A stretch of 63,599 nt of DNA, counting the filler, from Atractiella rhizophila (lineage: Eukaryota), in assembly GCA_021432655.1 (NCBI GenBank). It is 9 parts of 6 records of this genome, joined end to end, with 100 filler letters (N's around TTAATTAATTAA, not from the genome) between each part and the next. Parts side by side here need not be neighbours in the genome. Positions count along the whole stretch, not along the records: positions 61,520 to 63,599 come from MU271419.1; 8 more parts are not named here. The stretch is one strand, 5' to 3'. Below are positions 63,301 through 63,599 of the stretch, piece by piece (position 1 is the stretch's first letter; the number at the start of each line of letters is the position of its first letter). Position numbers and translations under genes: made by a program. The notes beneath the pieces were generated by a model. That model was not told where the DNA came from. It made no database searches and saw nothing but the letters and a program-made list of their open reading frames with translations.

Positions 63301-63599
63301 GAAGAACGAGGACGAGGGAAGGTGAGGAGTGAAGGCGAAGGCGAACAAGTGGGGAGAGGAGTAGGAGCGAGCGATCAGCGATTAGGATCAGGGGAAGGGG
63401 GTGGGAAGAATGAAGCTGGACGGCGAAGAAGGGGAAGAGATGCTGCTTGAAGGCTGTGGTACCTTATACTGTATGCAATGGTATGAGGGTTGCACAATGA
63501 GTTGCTTGTGAAGAACCATAGGAGTCTACTTTGAAGATGGTGTCGCAATTACACTCTAATGCTTAACAAACACCAGACCGCTCGTTACACAATCATGAC

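Noticed and set aside
60400..63599. Short ORFs and a purine-rich, possibly LTR-like stretch near the window end
   Set aside because: No recognisable protein motif, paired terminus or TSD could be established.

Overview
Intron-rich fungal genomic DNA, probably a basidiomycete (inferred from short GT-AG introns, compact gene spacing and protein style). It is stitched from contigs by artificial N44-TTAATTAATTAA-N44 spacers and N gaps. Recognisable genes: three F-box genes, an AIM6-like phosphodiesterase with partial copies, a C19 ubiquitin protease 3' end, mitoribosomal mL49/IMG2, an FAH-family hydrolase, the DNM1 5' end, a SAM methyltransferase, RPL30, TFIIIA, homoaconitase LYS4, PCM1/AGM1, complex I NDUFB10, RRP36, CYT1, EF2 and an SGNH hydrolase fragment. 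Four mobile elements have boundaries and target-site duplications readable in the sequence: a 516-bp solo LTR, a 4.3-kb hAT element, a 6.1-kb Ty3/gypsy element with a Tf1-like self-priming PBS, and a 2.1-kb long-TIR element (9-bp TSD) just upstream of EF2. Several near-identical tandem duplications look like haplotype or assembly duplications. The best candidate for something undescribed is an unusually long (311 nt), extensively base-paired intron in the TFIIIA gene. It carries out-of-frame decoy acceptors and recalls the plant 5S-mimic splicing switch. Intron/exon models were read by eye and are approximate.
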